From: Hyphochytrium catenoides
Taxonomy: Eukaryota > Protista > Hyphochytriomycota
Length of the DNA: 64,000 bases
NCBI GenBank assembly: GCA_900088475.1
Contig: FLMG01004535.1
Coordinates: 103,568 to 167,567 of the forward strand
Direction of reading: 5' to 3'
The notes under the pieces: generated by a model
Seen by the model: the letters and a program-made list of their open reading frames with translations, nothing else
Databases searched by the model: none
Told to the model about the DNA's origin: nothing
Translations under genes and position numbers: made by a program
Part shown: positions 24,543 to 37,495 of the stretch, in pieces
How positions within the stretch are numbered: position 1 is the stretch's first letter
How the letters are laid out: every line of letters begins with the position of its first letter

Positions 24543-25074
24543 GGAAAGGAGCTTGCGGATTATGAGCTTGTGTCACCAGGCCTCAGCATCAAGAAGCAGC
24601 GAGCGCAAGAACGATGCAAGGCAGGGACACGACTGAATGAAGTTGAGAGACTCAGCCAGTGGTTGAAGGGAGTCCTCTCTTTTCCCTTCCCTTGGCAGTG
24701 AAGCATAATGTGCCCCACAGCATGAGAAGCTTCACAATTTTCACTGCCACCAAATGGACTCTTCATCTGCTCTCAAAGGTCCTGCTTGCACACAGAGGTG
24801 ACCCTAGTGAGCTTCTGACCATATCTGGAGGACCAAAAGCTTCAACGTGACAGGAGAGAGCGATAAGTGCTCGATGAGAGGGAGACAGAAAGAGTAAGAG
24901 AGAGAGAGAAAGAGAGGACAAAGAGGAGGACAGGGAGAGACGAGGGGGAGAGTGGGGAAAGAGAGACAGAGAGCAGAGATGAGGGTCCGTCTGACCAGCT
25001 GTAACCAGAAGTGAAGCCACGCAGTCACGCAGCCAGGCCGCTTGATGTGAGGAGAGAGGAGACAGAGACAAAGG

Positions 25075-25125
<51 letters not shown>

Positions 25126-28100
25126 GGGAGAGAGAGGGAGAGGTCACCCCTCTATAACAAGTACGAGTAGAGTACAGTTTGGTAGCCAGAAAAAACACCT
25201 GAGGCAAATATATCACAGATTCACCTATTTCTATTACCGCATAAGGAGGCATCTATCGCAGCATATTCGGCATAATCCAGCCACTGGCCACTGGGAGCAA
25301 CCTTCACTTGTGAGTTGAGAATTGAGAATGGACTTGGGAGGTTTGTTTTGTGAATCAGATTCTTGATTATTTAACCTCTGATTCTTGACCAATAGATTAA
25401 TAACGTTACCGTCCAGGCAGCAGCTATCATATTCGAAAGGAAATCGCTCTCAGTCATCAGAGACAACGGAAGAGAAATATCAAGGCCTCGGATCTCATAA
25501 ATGATCAGCCAAGCACGCTGCCGCTAAAATAGATTTGCACTGAATATTTATAAAAGATTATTAACTGGCGTGACGCCGATAGAACTCACAGTCCTAGCAA
25601 TGTGGTCATGCCCTCTAGTGATAGTGCTGCCTAGAGTCAGTTGCCCCACGAAGGAAGACTCCATAAATGTCCTGTCAGGTGACGCCTCTCGCGTTCCGCC
25701 CTAACCCGTCACTTCTTCCTGCTGCAGAGCTATCTGCCAGTCGATGGATCCAACTCAACCTCTTCCTCGACTACTAGCTGCTCAGCATAAGCAACCTCTA
25801 CATCTCGATTGTCTGCAGGCGCTAAACTCGAGTACTCCATCCTGAATAGCTGCGCCAGCAGCCAGGCAGGTTGTCTTCGTCTGGTTGAAGAAGACCATCT
25901 TTGTAAGGAAAGATGTCCTTAAAGTACCGAACGTCCTGAGAAAATATGATATTACGATAGCTGTTTAACGATCATCCAGCCTGAGTAGCTTGTAGGTTTT
26001 CTTCAGGGTAGCATACTCCAGGAAAAGGCACTTCCGCCCAATTTTATCTAACTTCTTCCGATGGACCTTATTAGGGACATCCGCTACCGCAAGGCAGCAT
26101 AAATACATTGCTGTCTGCAAGCGGACTCATTTGTGGGGATGAGGGGGGTTCCTTCTACTCTTTACGCTGACCACGGCGTCAACGAGGAGATTTCTACCTC
26201 CAATAGGCAGGAGAGCGTCGACCACATCACTACTACGTTTACACTCCACATCAGAACGATAGCAGAGAGAGGCAATCATCGATCTCTCTGGAGACGGAGA
26301 GCAATATCGCAATCTTACAACCGACGAGAGAAGCAGCACCCAGATGAAAAAAAAGGTCCTTGTTGTGATGGATTGACCTCGTCAAACATCAGACTACCAG
26401 AGGATGAAGTCAAGCGTGCGAAAGAATGTGGTTATTGGGCACTTTGACTCTCCTAGTATTTGTTACTGGCAGCCGCTCTAGAAGCAATCTTCAAGAGATC
26501 TACACTATCGCGTCTCCTGCTGGCGCTCTCTTCTTGTTGATGGTCATACTTTTGCTTTTGCCCTCAGTTCTTCGAGAGACTTCCTGTCCTTTGGAAGGGG
26601 CAGCAGCAGCAGAGAGCGTCCGATTTGTGGAGAGAGACAAAGAGAGACAGAGAGAGAGAGAAAAGGTGACAGAGCAGAGAGAAAGAGAAGGGGAGAGAGA
26701 GGAAAGAGAGAGAGAGGGTTCTGCGCGAGAGAGAGAGTTGCGAAAGAGAGAGAGGGAAAGAAGTGTACGGAGAGATCGGGGAGAACGAAGGAACAATGCC
26801 ATGTGCTTCGTGAGAGTGGTAGAACTCTACAGTACAAAGAGGAGCAAAGTTCTTTTCTTTCTAATACTAAGACTGGGAGTATCTTTCTCTTATCTTTCTC
26901 TCTCCGGTCCTGTTCCCAGACATCAATCAGATGATCCTCAGAAGAGGGAGGGGAGAGCGGAGCTCTGATTAACCCCGTCCAAAACAGATTTCATTGAAAT
27001 ATTCAATGTGAGGAAACCTTTCCCTTTGCCATAAGAACCGTCCTACCCTAACGTCTGCCCTGTACACCCAAAAAACACGCGCAAAACTTAATGGAAACCT
27101 TTCCAACCCACCCGTCCTCCCCTACCCACCCGACACACTGGTCATCAAAAAAGTTAGCAATCGCGAGGCAGTAGTAATACACAAATGTTAGGCTTATCAA
27201 CTAAAGTCAGAGGCGTACTACTCTTCCTACAAAACTGTCGCCAAATATCGCAGTGGCCGCCACAACACAATTTTCTATTTAAAGTCCGTTCTTCCTTGAG
27301 TTGATCGACTGACAAACAGTGGCAAGAGAGATGGGATTGTACGAATAAAAAGAAGGGCATCGGACATACAGAGTGTCCAAGGCACTTGGAGAAAGGAGGA
27401 ATAAGAACAAACGTCAGCTATGGAAAACTAGAAAGAATGAGAGACAGAGGGGCAGCGAGATACCCACTGCGAGAGAAAGAGTGAGTTTATAGTAGTTGTA
27501 CTCTTTGTAAATTGTCTGATAGAGAGGGAGAACGAGAAACAACGAGAGGCAGAGAGGCATAGAAGAGACACCGTAGTTCTCTGAAGGAGGGAAGTGCTCT
27601 GGCTTGCTGGTGGCTTATCTTGGGTCCCTCGCCCTAAGATGCGGCTCACCATAGAACAGGGAAGAGGACGAAAGAGGAAGAAGCCAGAGAGTCACACGCA
27701 CCTAATCTTCAGTACGAGGTACGGACTACATTGTGCGAGAGAAAGGAAATCGGCAAGAGACAGAGTGGTGATGGAAGGCAGAGAAAGAGGGATACTTCAG
27801 ACGAGAAGATAGACCTCAGGAGAGTGAAAGAGACCTGATGAGGAGCGAGAGAGACGAGCAGTGGCAGGAGAGCAGACAGGCACAAAGGAAGCATCAAGGA
27901 GCCAGACCCAGCACGTGCGAGCTGGCCTTCCTCTTCCCTGCTGCTGGTGCTGCTGCTGCAGTGATTGCCCAGTTGCCCGTTTGCTAGTGGTCCTGGTGCT
28001 TCCGTTGAACGGCGTCATTGCCAGCATTGCCGCTTTCTAAGAGCTTGACATCTTCACATCCGCTCTGTAATAAGAGGTAAGAACATCAGGAAAGCAGCCC

Positions 28101-28243
28101 TGAGTTTGGCAAGCTTTGTGCCAAGGGAGGCGGCAGGACAGGCATTGTCTCTCCTCCCTCGCGCGGCGCTTCTCTTCCTCCCGAGTCCCGCTCCAACAGC
28201 TGAAGTGCGACGGTTAGTCGGGAGTTAGTTTCTACAAGGAGGT

Positions 28244-30776
28244 ATGCGGCTAGAGCGGGTGGTAGCTTGCAGCGCTCTCGTCGCCTGTCTATGCGCGCGA
28301 CCGGCGCTGGTCAATGGAGAAGCTTGGGAAGGCGTTGTACGAGGTGCTGCGGAGTCTGAGACAGCCACTCAGTATTGGATCGATAAGGACACACCTAAGG
28401 TACTGCATGCAGGCTTCGAAAGAGACCAACAGCCAGCGAATGGCATGGCTTTTGCCTTCCTTTTCTCCTTTTTTCCCCTTGGCTTCAGTCCTCATACGCT
28501 GTCGCTCTCCCCTCCATACATAGCCCATGTTCCCTCTGATGGCCCGTTATTTGATGCTCATCCATGGGCTTCTCTGTCTCTCATTAGGATGCTTTCTCAA
28601 TCAAGTCTCCCTCCGACGGGAAGCAGCTGACCTTAGTGGCTAGCGACGAGTTCAACTCTGACGGAAGGAGCTTTGCCAATGGCAAGGACAAGATGTGGAC
28701 GGCGTTGGATGGACCTGACGTGACCAATGACGCTTTAGAGTACATGTCACCTGACGCTGCGACCACCAAGGACGGCGCTCTGGTAATTGAGCTGACACAA
28801 AGGCAAATGGGAGGAAGGAACTACGTCGGCGCTCATCTCCAGTCTTGGAACAAGTTCTGGTCAGTCTCCTTTGTCCCTGGACTTCAAGCGTGATAAGGGA
28901 AACTCATCAATCTCCCTCTTCGCCTTTCTCCTCCTCTCTCCGTTGCTCTGTCCTTCATCGTATCCTCGATATGCAGCTATACAGGTGGACTTTTTGTCGT
29001 AAGGAACAAGTGGCCAAGTGGCGGCGGAGTATGGCCTGCAGGTAATCTTACATAGAGTCTACTTGTGTCTCTTCAGCGTGTTTTCTCTTCTTTATATCTA
29101 TCTGGTGCGTCATCTTGGTAGCTCTCTCTCTCTCTCTCCCCGTCGACCCTTGCCACGAATAGTCTTCGGCTTCTGACGGCTCTCCCTCTGTAGCTTGGCT
29201 CATGGGTAACCTTGGCCGCCCTCAGTACGAGCAGTCGAACATGGGCGTGTGGCCATGGAGCTACAATAAATGCGACGCCGCAGCCACCAAGCAGAAGATA
29301 AGCGCTTGCAACGCCAACCCTGGCCCAGGACTCTATCCCAATCAGGGAAGAGGGGCGCCTGAGTTTGACCTTGTCGAAGCATGGAGTGAGTGCCTTTCCC
29401 AGATAGCAACGGTCTCAATGGTGATGACTGACTGTTTGTTCCTCGTTCTATTACACCTGCCCTTTGTAGCCACTGGAGAGGGTTTCAACGTCATCTCTCT
29501 CCAGATTGCGCCGAGCATTCCTCAGTACTATCGTCCTCGAGTATGGAACGCTGACCCCGCGCCGTCAGGACCTGGCAGCTGGTACAGAGGTGTCACCTAC
29601 GAGAATGGCCAGAACGCCTATTATGGTGAGCTCTTGCCGCAATCTTCCCTCCCTGCTAGTCTCCAGCAAAGGCCTCCCTAGTCCGAAGCTCTCCCTATAA
29701 ACACGCCCGTATCTTCGTAGCTCTTTCTTCGTCAGTGCGCGCAGCCTCATGAGCTTTGCCAGGTCCTTTCTGTTAGACAGAGGCGCATCTTGACTTAGGT
29801 GTGGGCGGTGTTACTCGTCTCCTCTAACCTGCTCTTTTTCTTCCGTTAGGACACGATAAGATGGGATATTCTACTGACGCAGTGGCCAGTAGAGCAGACA
29901 TAAACCAAGATGCGCGCTTTTCCTGGCAGACATATTCCTTTGACTGGAAGCCGGGGCCCGACGGATATGTCAACGGTTACTATGAGAACCAACTGATTGT
30001 GGGCGTGCCTGGCTCGGCGCTGGTAAGCGCTTGTGATGGAAATCAGCCTGAACTGCTTTTGCCCATGTCTTCTCGGTCTTTTGGAAACGTGATTGAGATA
30101 ATTTGGGGCTTTGCTTCACTTCCGGGATCTCCTATAGATGATCTTTATTCTCGTGCTTGTCGTTCCTATAGCGGCTTTCAAAGGTGTCGCTCTTTCCTCT
30201 ACCTATATCTTCCTCTCCTCACATCGTCCTCTCTTCTTCCCTTTTCAGGGCAAGTATTGCGACCCTACGAACCCGTCTATCTGCACGGGAGAACGAGAGG
30301 TTCCTAGCGAGCCGATGGCAATTATTCTCAACCTCGTGCAGGGCAGCGCCAGCTCTTGGGCCCTGGGTCCGGCAAAGGCCACTTATCCCTCCTATTTCTA
30401 CATAGACTATGTGCGCATCTACCAGGACCCCAAGGCTATCAACATTGGCTGCGACCCTCCAAAGTATCCTACCAAGGAGTACATTGAGGCTAACAGTGCC
30501 ATATATGGTCCTGAGGCTATTCCTGAGCCGCCACTTAACGCTTCGTTTTACTTCTACGCGCACCCACAGCCCACCACCAAGCCCCCCGTCACTACGAAGC
30601 CCACCACCAATGCGCCAGACACTACAGAAGCTCCCCCATCTTCGAAGGCCAAAGATAACGATCAACAGAGCAATCCGACAACGGCGAAGTCTGCCGCATC
30701 TGATATTAGCATATCTGCCACGGTGCTGTCTTCGGCCTGCCTGCTCTCTTCTCTCCTCATGTTCGTTAGACAATAG
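28244..30776 (+). CDS. KRE6/SKN1-family beta-glucan synthesis-associated GH16 protein, about 7 exons
   Basis: Signal peptide, WIDKDTP, LVASDEFN, LQSWNKFC|YTGG, VWPA|AWLMGNLGR, QKISAC, GRGAPEFDLVE (catalytic ExDxxE), PSEPMAIILN and IDYVRIYQ...IGCDPPKYPTKEYI. These are followed by a Pro/Thr stalk and a hydrophobic C-terminus. Confidence 0.92.
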
Positions 30777-31130
30777 CTTGACAGACTTACCACCGACGGC
30801 CCGGGAAGAGATATGAACAAGGATAGGATGTACAGAAGTTAGCGAGAAAAGGGAGAGAGAAAGAAGAGAGTCTCTCTGCGGACATGAGACTATTATTATT
30901 ATTAAAATACTATGGACAGCATAAATATGTCTTCAAACCATGTGACACCAAGCCAAGTGTCCGTCTTATCTGCCTTCCCTCTCTTCTCTTCACTAAAATG
31001 CTGATATCCCCTAGGTCCTTATCTGTCACGAAGACGCTAGCTTTCCTTTCACCGTGGCTGTCGTTTTCTTCTCTTCTCATACTAATGAGAGGACTAGGAG
31101 CGAAGGAAGACGGATAGTACGCTAAAGCAT

Positions 31131-33155
31131 CTAAACTCGTGCACTGCTCAAAGAAGATTGCCTTGCAATCTCCATCTCTCTTCCTTCGATACGTCGCACA
31201 TCCTCACTCCTGCAGGAGGAGAGGTCACGAGAAGAGAGAGAAAGCAGATCTGATGAAGCCTTCCTCAAAGAGAGAGAGCTCCTCATGCGACCGAGGCGAA
31301 AGCGGAAGTGAAGCTTGAGCTGCGCCATCAGGGCGAAGTTATTCCTGACAGTGATCGCATTGGACAGCTCCTCCTCTGAGACCTCCACTAGCGGCAGAAG
31401 AGGAGGTGGTGTCGCAGGAAAGAGCGAAGGAGAAAGAGTTGAGACAGGAGACGACAAGCCGATCTGGAGCCAAGAGTGTTGTCTCACATCTCTGAGAGAG
31501 AATCTCTGGCTAGGATCACGGTGCAGCATTCCTTGCAAGAGACTCTGACACAATGGGGAGACAGAGGATGGGATATGCACTTCTCCCTTGGTCATTCTTT
31601 CTAGGAGACAGTCCAGGGAAGGCGATTCCTTATCCTCTTCATAGAGAAAAGGAGGCCTTCCGGTCAACATGACCAGCAACGTGGCCCCTAGCGCCCAGAT
31701 GTCCGCAAGGCAAAAGTCATAGCCGCCTTTCACCGCCTCTGGAGGGAGAAAGTGCAGTGTGCCTCCTCCTCCGCCGCCTTCTCGTTCATCACCTTGCCTT
31801 CCTCCAGCACTATGTGTCTCTCCTCCCTTTCTTCGCCCGTCCTCTTCTGCCTCCTCTCTCACCCAGCAGGCAAGAGAGAAGTCAGCAATCTTTGCTGTCC
31901 TCCTCTCTTCTTCTGTGAGGAGAATGTTCTCCGGCTTGAGGTCCTTGTGCGCAATCCCGTTAGCGTGCAGATATTCCAGCCCACAGACAACATCACGAAC
32001 CACGCCAGCCGCTTCCTCCTCAGTCATCAGCTCCTCCTTGTGTCCCTCTGCTGCCAGCGTATCTCTTTCTTTTTCTTGTCTCTCTGTGAAAACAGGTGTC
32101 TCTCCTGCTCTCTTCTCTCTCCTCTGGTACCGCTGACTTTGCGGGCACCACGTCATGAGCTGACCTCCCGGAGCAAACTCCATAATGAGAAAGAGCTTGT
32201 CTGACGTCGGGTCGTCAATGACTTCAAAGAGCCTCACAATATTTCTATGGGATATCTTCTTTAGGATTGCTATCTCTCTCTCCACCGTGGAGGCGGCCGA
32301 GGAGGCGATGACCCGTCCGTCTGTCCTGCTGCGTCTAAACTCCATCCGACGCTTGAGGAAGGAGCGAGTCATCACCTTGATAGCCACCTCTTCTCCCTCC
32401 TCCCCTAGCTGACTCCTGCGTCCTCGTTGAACTATCTCGGGTGTCTCCTGTCTTGTCGGATCTGTGGCTTCTTCCGCTCTGTCTGTTTGATGTTCTGCCT
32501 CATCGTCCACTCTCATTGCGGCTCTTTCTATTGTCACTCCTTCTTTCGTTGAAGCATCTTCTCCTTTACCATCGCCCTCTGTCTCTCTATCTCTATTCTC
32601 ACCTTCTGTCTCCGCATCTCTCTCCTCTTCTCTTACTCTTTCCTCCTGGTGTACGGCACCTTCCTCTTGCGTTGGCGAGGGACAATGCCGCGCGAGAAAG
32701 ACCTCAGAGAAGGCCCCGCAGCCGATGCGCCGAATGATAGAAAAGTCATTGACTTGCTGCGGCTCTCCCTCAAACGAAGAAAGAATCGAGGCTCTTCTCG
32801 TCTCTCTCACTGTTGGAGAAGGGCTAGAGGAAGAGACACTGGCCTCCCGTCCCTCCGAACTGTATGCCGTTCTCCAGGTGGTCAGCTCTCCTCCAGAGCT
32901 CTCTCCCTCGGAGAAGGACGTAGCATCTCTCCTGTCTTCTAAACTATCTCCTCGGCTTCCGCCGGCCTCCATTAGAGGCGCCACGGAGCCTTCGCCATGC
33001 CTCTTCTCTGCTTTCTCTGGCTCATTGTCCGTCTTCACGGTCTCCTGGGCCGCAGATTCTGGCGCTATCTGCCGGTTCCAGCCCAAGAGAAAGCTCATGG
33101 CTTGGTGAGAGCGGGCGTTAGAGGCGAGCAAGAGCGCCGATGGCGGCTCATCCAA
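31131..33155 (-). CDS. CaMKK/GRIK-like Ser/Thr protein kinase
   Basis: GCGAFSEV, VAIK, EIAILKKISHRNIVRLFEVIDDPTSDKLFLIMEF (CaMKK-family-like segment), HKDLKPEN, IADFS, GTLHFLPPE and DIWALG. The C-terminal VSEEELSNAIT... resembles the CaMKK regulatory segment. Intronless. Confidence 0.88.
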   Translation of the reverse strand: MDEPPSALLLASNARSHQAMSFLLGWNRQIAPESAAQETVKTDNEPEKAEKRHGEGSVAPLMEAGGSRGDSLEDRRDATSFSEGESSGGELTTWRTAYSSEGREASVSSSSPSPTVRETRRASILSSFEGEPQQVNDFSIIRRIGCGAFSEVFLARHCPSPTQEEGAVHQEERVREEERDAETEGENRDRETEGDGKGEDASTKEGVTIERAAMRVDDEAEHQTDRAEEATDPTRQETPEIVQRGRRSQLGEEGEEVAIKVMTRSFLKRRMEFRRSRTDGRVIASSAASTVEREIAILKKISHRNIVRLFEVIDDPTSDKLFLIMEFAPGGQLMTWCPQSQRYQRREKRAGETPVFTERQEKERDTLAAEGHKEELMTEEEAAGVVRDVVCGLEYLHANGIAHKDLKPENILLTEEERRTAKIADFSLACWVREEAEEDGRRKGGETHSAGGRQGDEREGGGGGGTLHFLPPEAVKGGYDFCLADIWALGATLLVMLTGRPPFLYEEDKESPSLDCLLERMTKGEVHIPSSVSPLCQSLLQGMLHRDPSQRFSLRDVRQHSWLQIGLSSPVSTLSPSLFPATPPPLLPLVEVSEEELSNAITVRNNFALMAQLKLHFRFRLGRMRSSLSLRKASSDLLSLSSRDLSSCRSEDVRRIEGREMEIARQSSLSSARV

Positions 33156-33410
33156 ACGGAGGAAGAGCTGGTGCGCGACGTAGAAGATTGATAGATGAGA
33201 CTTCCGTCTCTCGGCCAGTCACTGAAGAGAAAGAGCGCTCACAAGGGAGACCGTAGCCACAGCTTTCTTCCGTTCACAGCTGCTCAAGGCGGGAATCTGG
33301 TGGAGAAATCAAGAAAAAGAGAAAAACGTGAGCGAAAGACTTGCATCTTTTAAATTGACATTCTCCCTTTCACCTTCGTGAACGCAGTGCACTGGCTCTT
33401 CTTTGCCTCT

Positions 33411-33455
<45 letters not shown>

Positions 33456-33537
33456 ATCTCCCCTTCCTCTTTCTTCTTGCATTAGCCAGCTCATCAAAAA
33501 CATCGTCCCTGTCGCACATAAGAGGCAGGAGAGACCA

Positions 33538-33721
33538 ATGGCCACGCGGAAGGGTGCGCGGGAAGCCAGAGAAGAAAGAGTTTGATCTTAAGGTTAATAT
33601 TGTAACAAACAGGGGAGGAAGAAAAAGACAGCAACGAGGGACAGAGAGAGGAGCGCCATAAGAGAAGGATGGCGTCACAAACGAATCAAGAGGAGCGAGG
33701 AGAGAGCGAGAGAGAGAGAGC

Positions 33722-33771
<50 letters not shown>

Positions 33772-35245
33772 GAGAGAGAGCAAGAGAGAGAGAGAGAGAG
33801 AAAAATGTTGCCCATTTGTTCTGTTGGCTCACTTTCTCCTCTCGACTGGGAAGACGGTTCCGTTGGTTTATTGTTAGGGAGACTGTGTTAGCTCTTTTGT
33901 CTATAGATATAGCCTTAGCGGTACGATGCGTGTGTTTGGAAGGGTGTCTTGCCTTTGGAGAGCTGATAGTTCGAGGGTGTGAGACAGACGCACAGCCTTC
34001 GTTAAACACACATCCTTTAGGAAAACTGAAGTGTATGGCAAACACACATCACAGTCAATCGCACTCGCCCATTGTGAAGAGGCGTTACAGGTCCGTTACT
34101 GCGCTTCCCATCCCTTTCCCTTATTGCCCGCGCCGCTGATGGCTCTCCCTCGCTCCCATTCTTAACTCTCTCCTTCCTGCCTCGCTCTCCTCTCTTCTCT
34201 TTACTGCCTCCGTCGCCCTTCTTCCGTCTCTTCTCTCACCCGCCGCTCGCTGCTTGACCCTTCTAGCTTCCCAGTGCACCTTCCTTTCCGTCATACCGCA
34301 AGATCGAAGGCTGAGGTGGCGGCTGTGCACTGGCTCGTCCCTCGCCTAGGAGAGCTACAGCAGAAGAAGACAGTAGGCTAAGGCTCCTGTGAGCCGTGCT
34401 GCTGCTGCTAACTAAGGAAACTGTGCGAGCACCCTGTGGTCGCCCCTCTCTCTGCCGTCTGTCAACCGGTCTTTGTCGCCCCACTGTGCTGTTGCGAAAG
34501 ACGGGAGGCGACGACGCGGCTTCCTGCCCGTCAAGAGCACGTTCTAACCTTTAGTTCTATGATCTCTGTTACTGTCTCTGCGCCTTGTTCTACGGCCAGC
34601 GTTGAGAGGAGCCATTTATCATAGAGTACGCCCAAAGGACGTTAAGCCGCGGGCAGTTTACGGTTATCAGTGATTATATGGCTAGCAGACCGAGAGCAGC
34701 GGAGCTGGAGAAGCATCTCTTACACATTCTCAGGCATAATGTATGCCCTGAAGAAGTTCTCTCTTTCTTTCTTTCTTAGTCTCTTCTCTTACATTGCCAG
34801 AGGCGCCACACCGCCTTGAAGGTTATCAGATCCATGCCCAGAGCAATCTCCCTTCCATCTTCTATAGGTCCCCGGCGTACGCCTAGATTTCGGGCCTCCA
34901 GTCCTCAAAGAACTTCTTGATCGCCTCGGTGCTAACATTTAAAGGACAGTGAGCATCATCCCAGTGATATAATGGAGCCGTCTCCTCTCCCAATAAGACT
35001 CTCTTATCTTCCTCTTTGCACTATACTTGGTCCTTTCTCTCTGTATCTCTCCGTTTCTCTGCCTCTATCTGTTTGTACGGTCTCTCCTCCCTTCTTGGTT
35101 CACCTTTCTTCCTTACCTAGCTGTCTGCTCTTCCGGTCCAAAAAAGATAAAGGACGATGCAGGCATGCTTGGTTCGGCTGCAGTGACAGCCGCCTGCCAG
35201 CCACAAAGGAAAGCGGTCGCGGAGGTAGCTGGAGCAGCTATGTGA
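33538..35245 (+). CDS. Possible multi-exon hypothetical gene
   Basis: Several short segments flanked by AG/GT read open: EYAQRTLSRGQFTVISDYMASRPRAAELEKHLLHILRHN (~34625-34740), VPGVRLDFGPPVLKELLDRL (~34868-34928) and AVCSSGPKKIKDDA (from 35121). The 5' exons are unresolved and no family is recognised. Confidence 0.25.
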
Positions 35246-35777
35246 ACGCCAATGACGGCTTTGTCATCCACAAATCTCTGATGGTGGTGGGAGAGAGGGA
35301 GAGAGAGAGAGACAGAGTCAGAGAGACGATGAGTGAGCAACCTAAGCAAGCCACGATGAAGATTCAGTGTGTCGCTAAGCAGAGAAACGGTCTGTCGGGA
35401 ACCTAAGCTTGGAACCGCCACTGAGCAAATTTAAGAGTCAGAGTATAAGCAGACATAACTGCAATATTCGCGAAGAGCTATTAGTTAGCGTTTCTCGTCG
35501 GCCCTGTGCCACTTGCCTTTGCCTCCACCTTCTCATCTTTTCGCCCTGAGAGCAATGATGTCCACTGCGCGTCAGTCAGCCTTTGTTCCTTTGTCCTGAC
35601 CACTGATAGCTCCCCTTGCCGATGCAAAGAGGACAAAAGGGAGAGAACAGATGGGGACAATTTCTACGGAAACAGAAGGCTTAGCAGGGTGATGGCCAAT
35701 AAAGAGACAGGACATAGAGGCACTAAATTCTTGCAACCCTTAATATAGAAGTAATGACTGCGAGGCAGTAGCCATTA

Positions 35778-37495
35778 TCAGGCTTCGACCATCTGGAACA
35801 AGTCCTCAAAAGTGCTCAGCAATACCTTGGAGAAGAGTACGAAGGCCTCAGAACAGTCCTGCCACTCTTTTCTGGTCGCTAGCCCTGTATACCGAGAGAG
35901 AAGTCCGCGAGGAAAGAGGAGCAAGACATGTCAATATAACGGCCGACTTTAGAGGTACAAGTGTGCGAAAGTGGGGTCGACTGAGAGGCCAGGAGGTACG
36001 AGATGAGATACTACAACCGAGGAAGAGCAGTCTATCACCGATTGTGAGCGGAACGGCGAAGCTTTCGTCAACAGAGGAGAAAGCGACCGTCTCCTGAGTC
36101 TCTGGCGGCAGCCTGAAGCGGCCGAGGAGTTCCTGGAGGGCCTGCGGGCTGGTGTCCAGCGTAAAGTTCTTGGAGCCTTCGTTATCGGGAGTAAAGTCGA
36201 AGATCTGAAACACAGCGAGTGAGCTTCCAACTAGAGCGGGAGGGCGCGCGCGGACGAGAAGAGGAGAGCCAGGAACAAGAGAGATTGTAGCTGAAAGAGA
36301 CAGACCAAGATCCACTGAGGACCGACAGCGCTATGGTTGCGGCTGCAGGCAGTAGACTAGCGAATGCTCAGAAAAATACTCGACACAAGAAACAGAATGA
36401 AGAGTCTTGGCAATCTCTGTGTCCGCGCGCCTTCCTCCTACTGAACGATGAGGGCGAAGAAGGAGGGAGAGAGAGGAAGAGAGAGCTCCCTCGACCTAGG
36501 GAAGAACTTACCTCTGACCATTTGTTGTTCCAGACGGTGAGGTTGGCTGCCCTAAGCTGGCTCTCCAGCTCAAAATACGTTGCGTAGAAGCAACTAAAGG
36601 AAAGAGACTCTGAAGACTCAATTACAGGCTCTGCTTGTTAACAAGAAGAGTTGCAGCATATGCACGCGTTAGCAAAGGAGAGACGCTGTCTAACAGGCGG
36701 TGGCTAGGCCATATACACCATGCCACGAGGCAGCAACTTATAATGAAGCTGACAGTAGAAAGACGAGTTCACGCCTATGAAATAAAAGAGGAAAGGAGCA
36801 AGCAAGACATGAGGCCATGAAGCTAGCGAAAGCTAAGCGCGGAAGAAGACTGACCCGAAGGGATAGAAAAACAGAAAGAGTCTACGTTGGAGAACCGTGA
36901 TCAACCTGTCTGACAGTAAAGACCAATGGCTACTCTCTTACAGTCCCTAGTTCGCAGCTGTTGGGCGAGAATGATGGCTGAAGAATCCTGAACGTTTCTG
37001 AGGAAGACGCTCGACTCGCAGGGCCCAATGAAGAGCCGGCAGTTCCGGCACTCGTCTACCTGAGAAGGGAAGGAGAGAGAGACGAACGTCAGTAAATTTT
37101 CACTTCAAAGACAGAGAGGACGTAGAAGGCAAGGGACCAGGGGAAAACGGACATAAAGAAAGTCAAAGAAGAGAGATAGAAAAGAAGAGAAAGGGAGTCA
37201 AAAGAGAGAAACTGAGAGGAGAGAAATAGAGAGACAGAGTGACCTGCACTGTGGCCGTGTGGTCCAAAAGGAAGATGTCACAGTCCTCACAGTCTTCTAT
37301 GATGAACTGCTGGCCGCCAATAGCTCCTGGGCAGCGGACTATTGTCTCTCCCTTCCGCTTCGACACTATAAAGTCCTCGCGATTCAAGGCTGGTCGCGCC
37401 TTCGGAGACGCAGCAGGGGACGAGGAAGTTCCCGCTGCGTGAAGCTCCGGAGGAGTGGGAGGCAGTGGGGCAGCCCCTGTGCAGAGGTTACCCAT
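35778..37495 (-). CDS. RP2: XRP2/RP2 (TBCC-domain ARL3 GTPase-activating protein), multi-exon
   Basis: N-terminal MGNLC acylation motif, GETIVRCPGAIGGQQFIIEDCEDCDIFLLDHTATVQV, DECRNCRLFIGPCESSVFLRN, QQLRTRDC (catalytic Arg) and NLTVWNNKWSE|IFDFTP. The 3' exons and the stop at 35778 are tentative. Confidence 0.85.
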
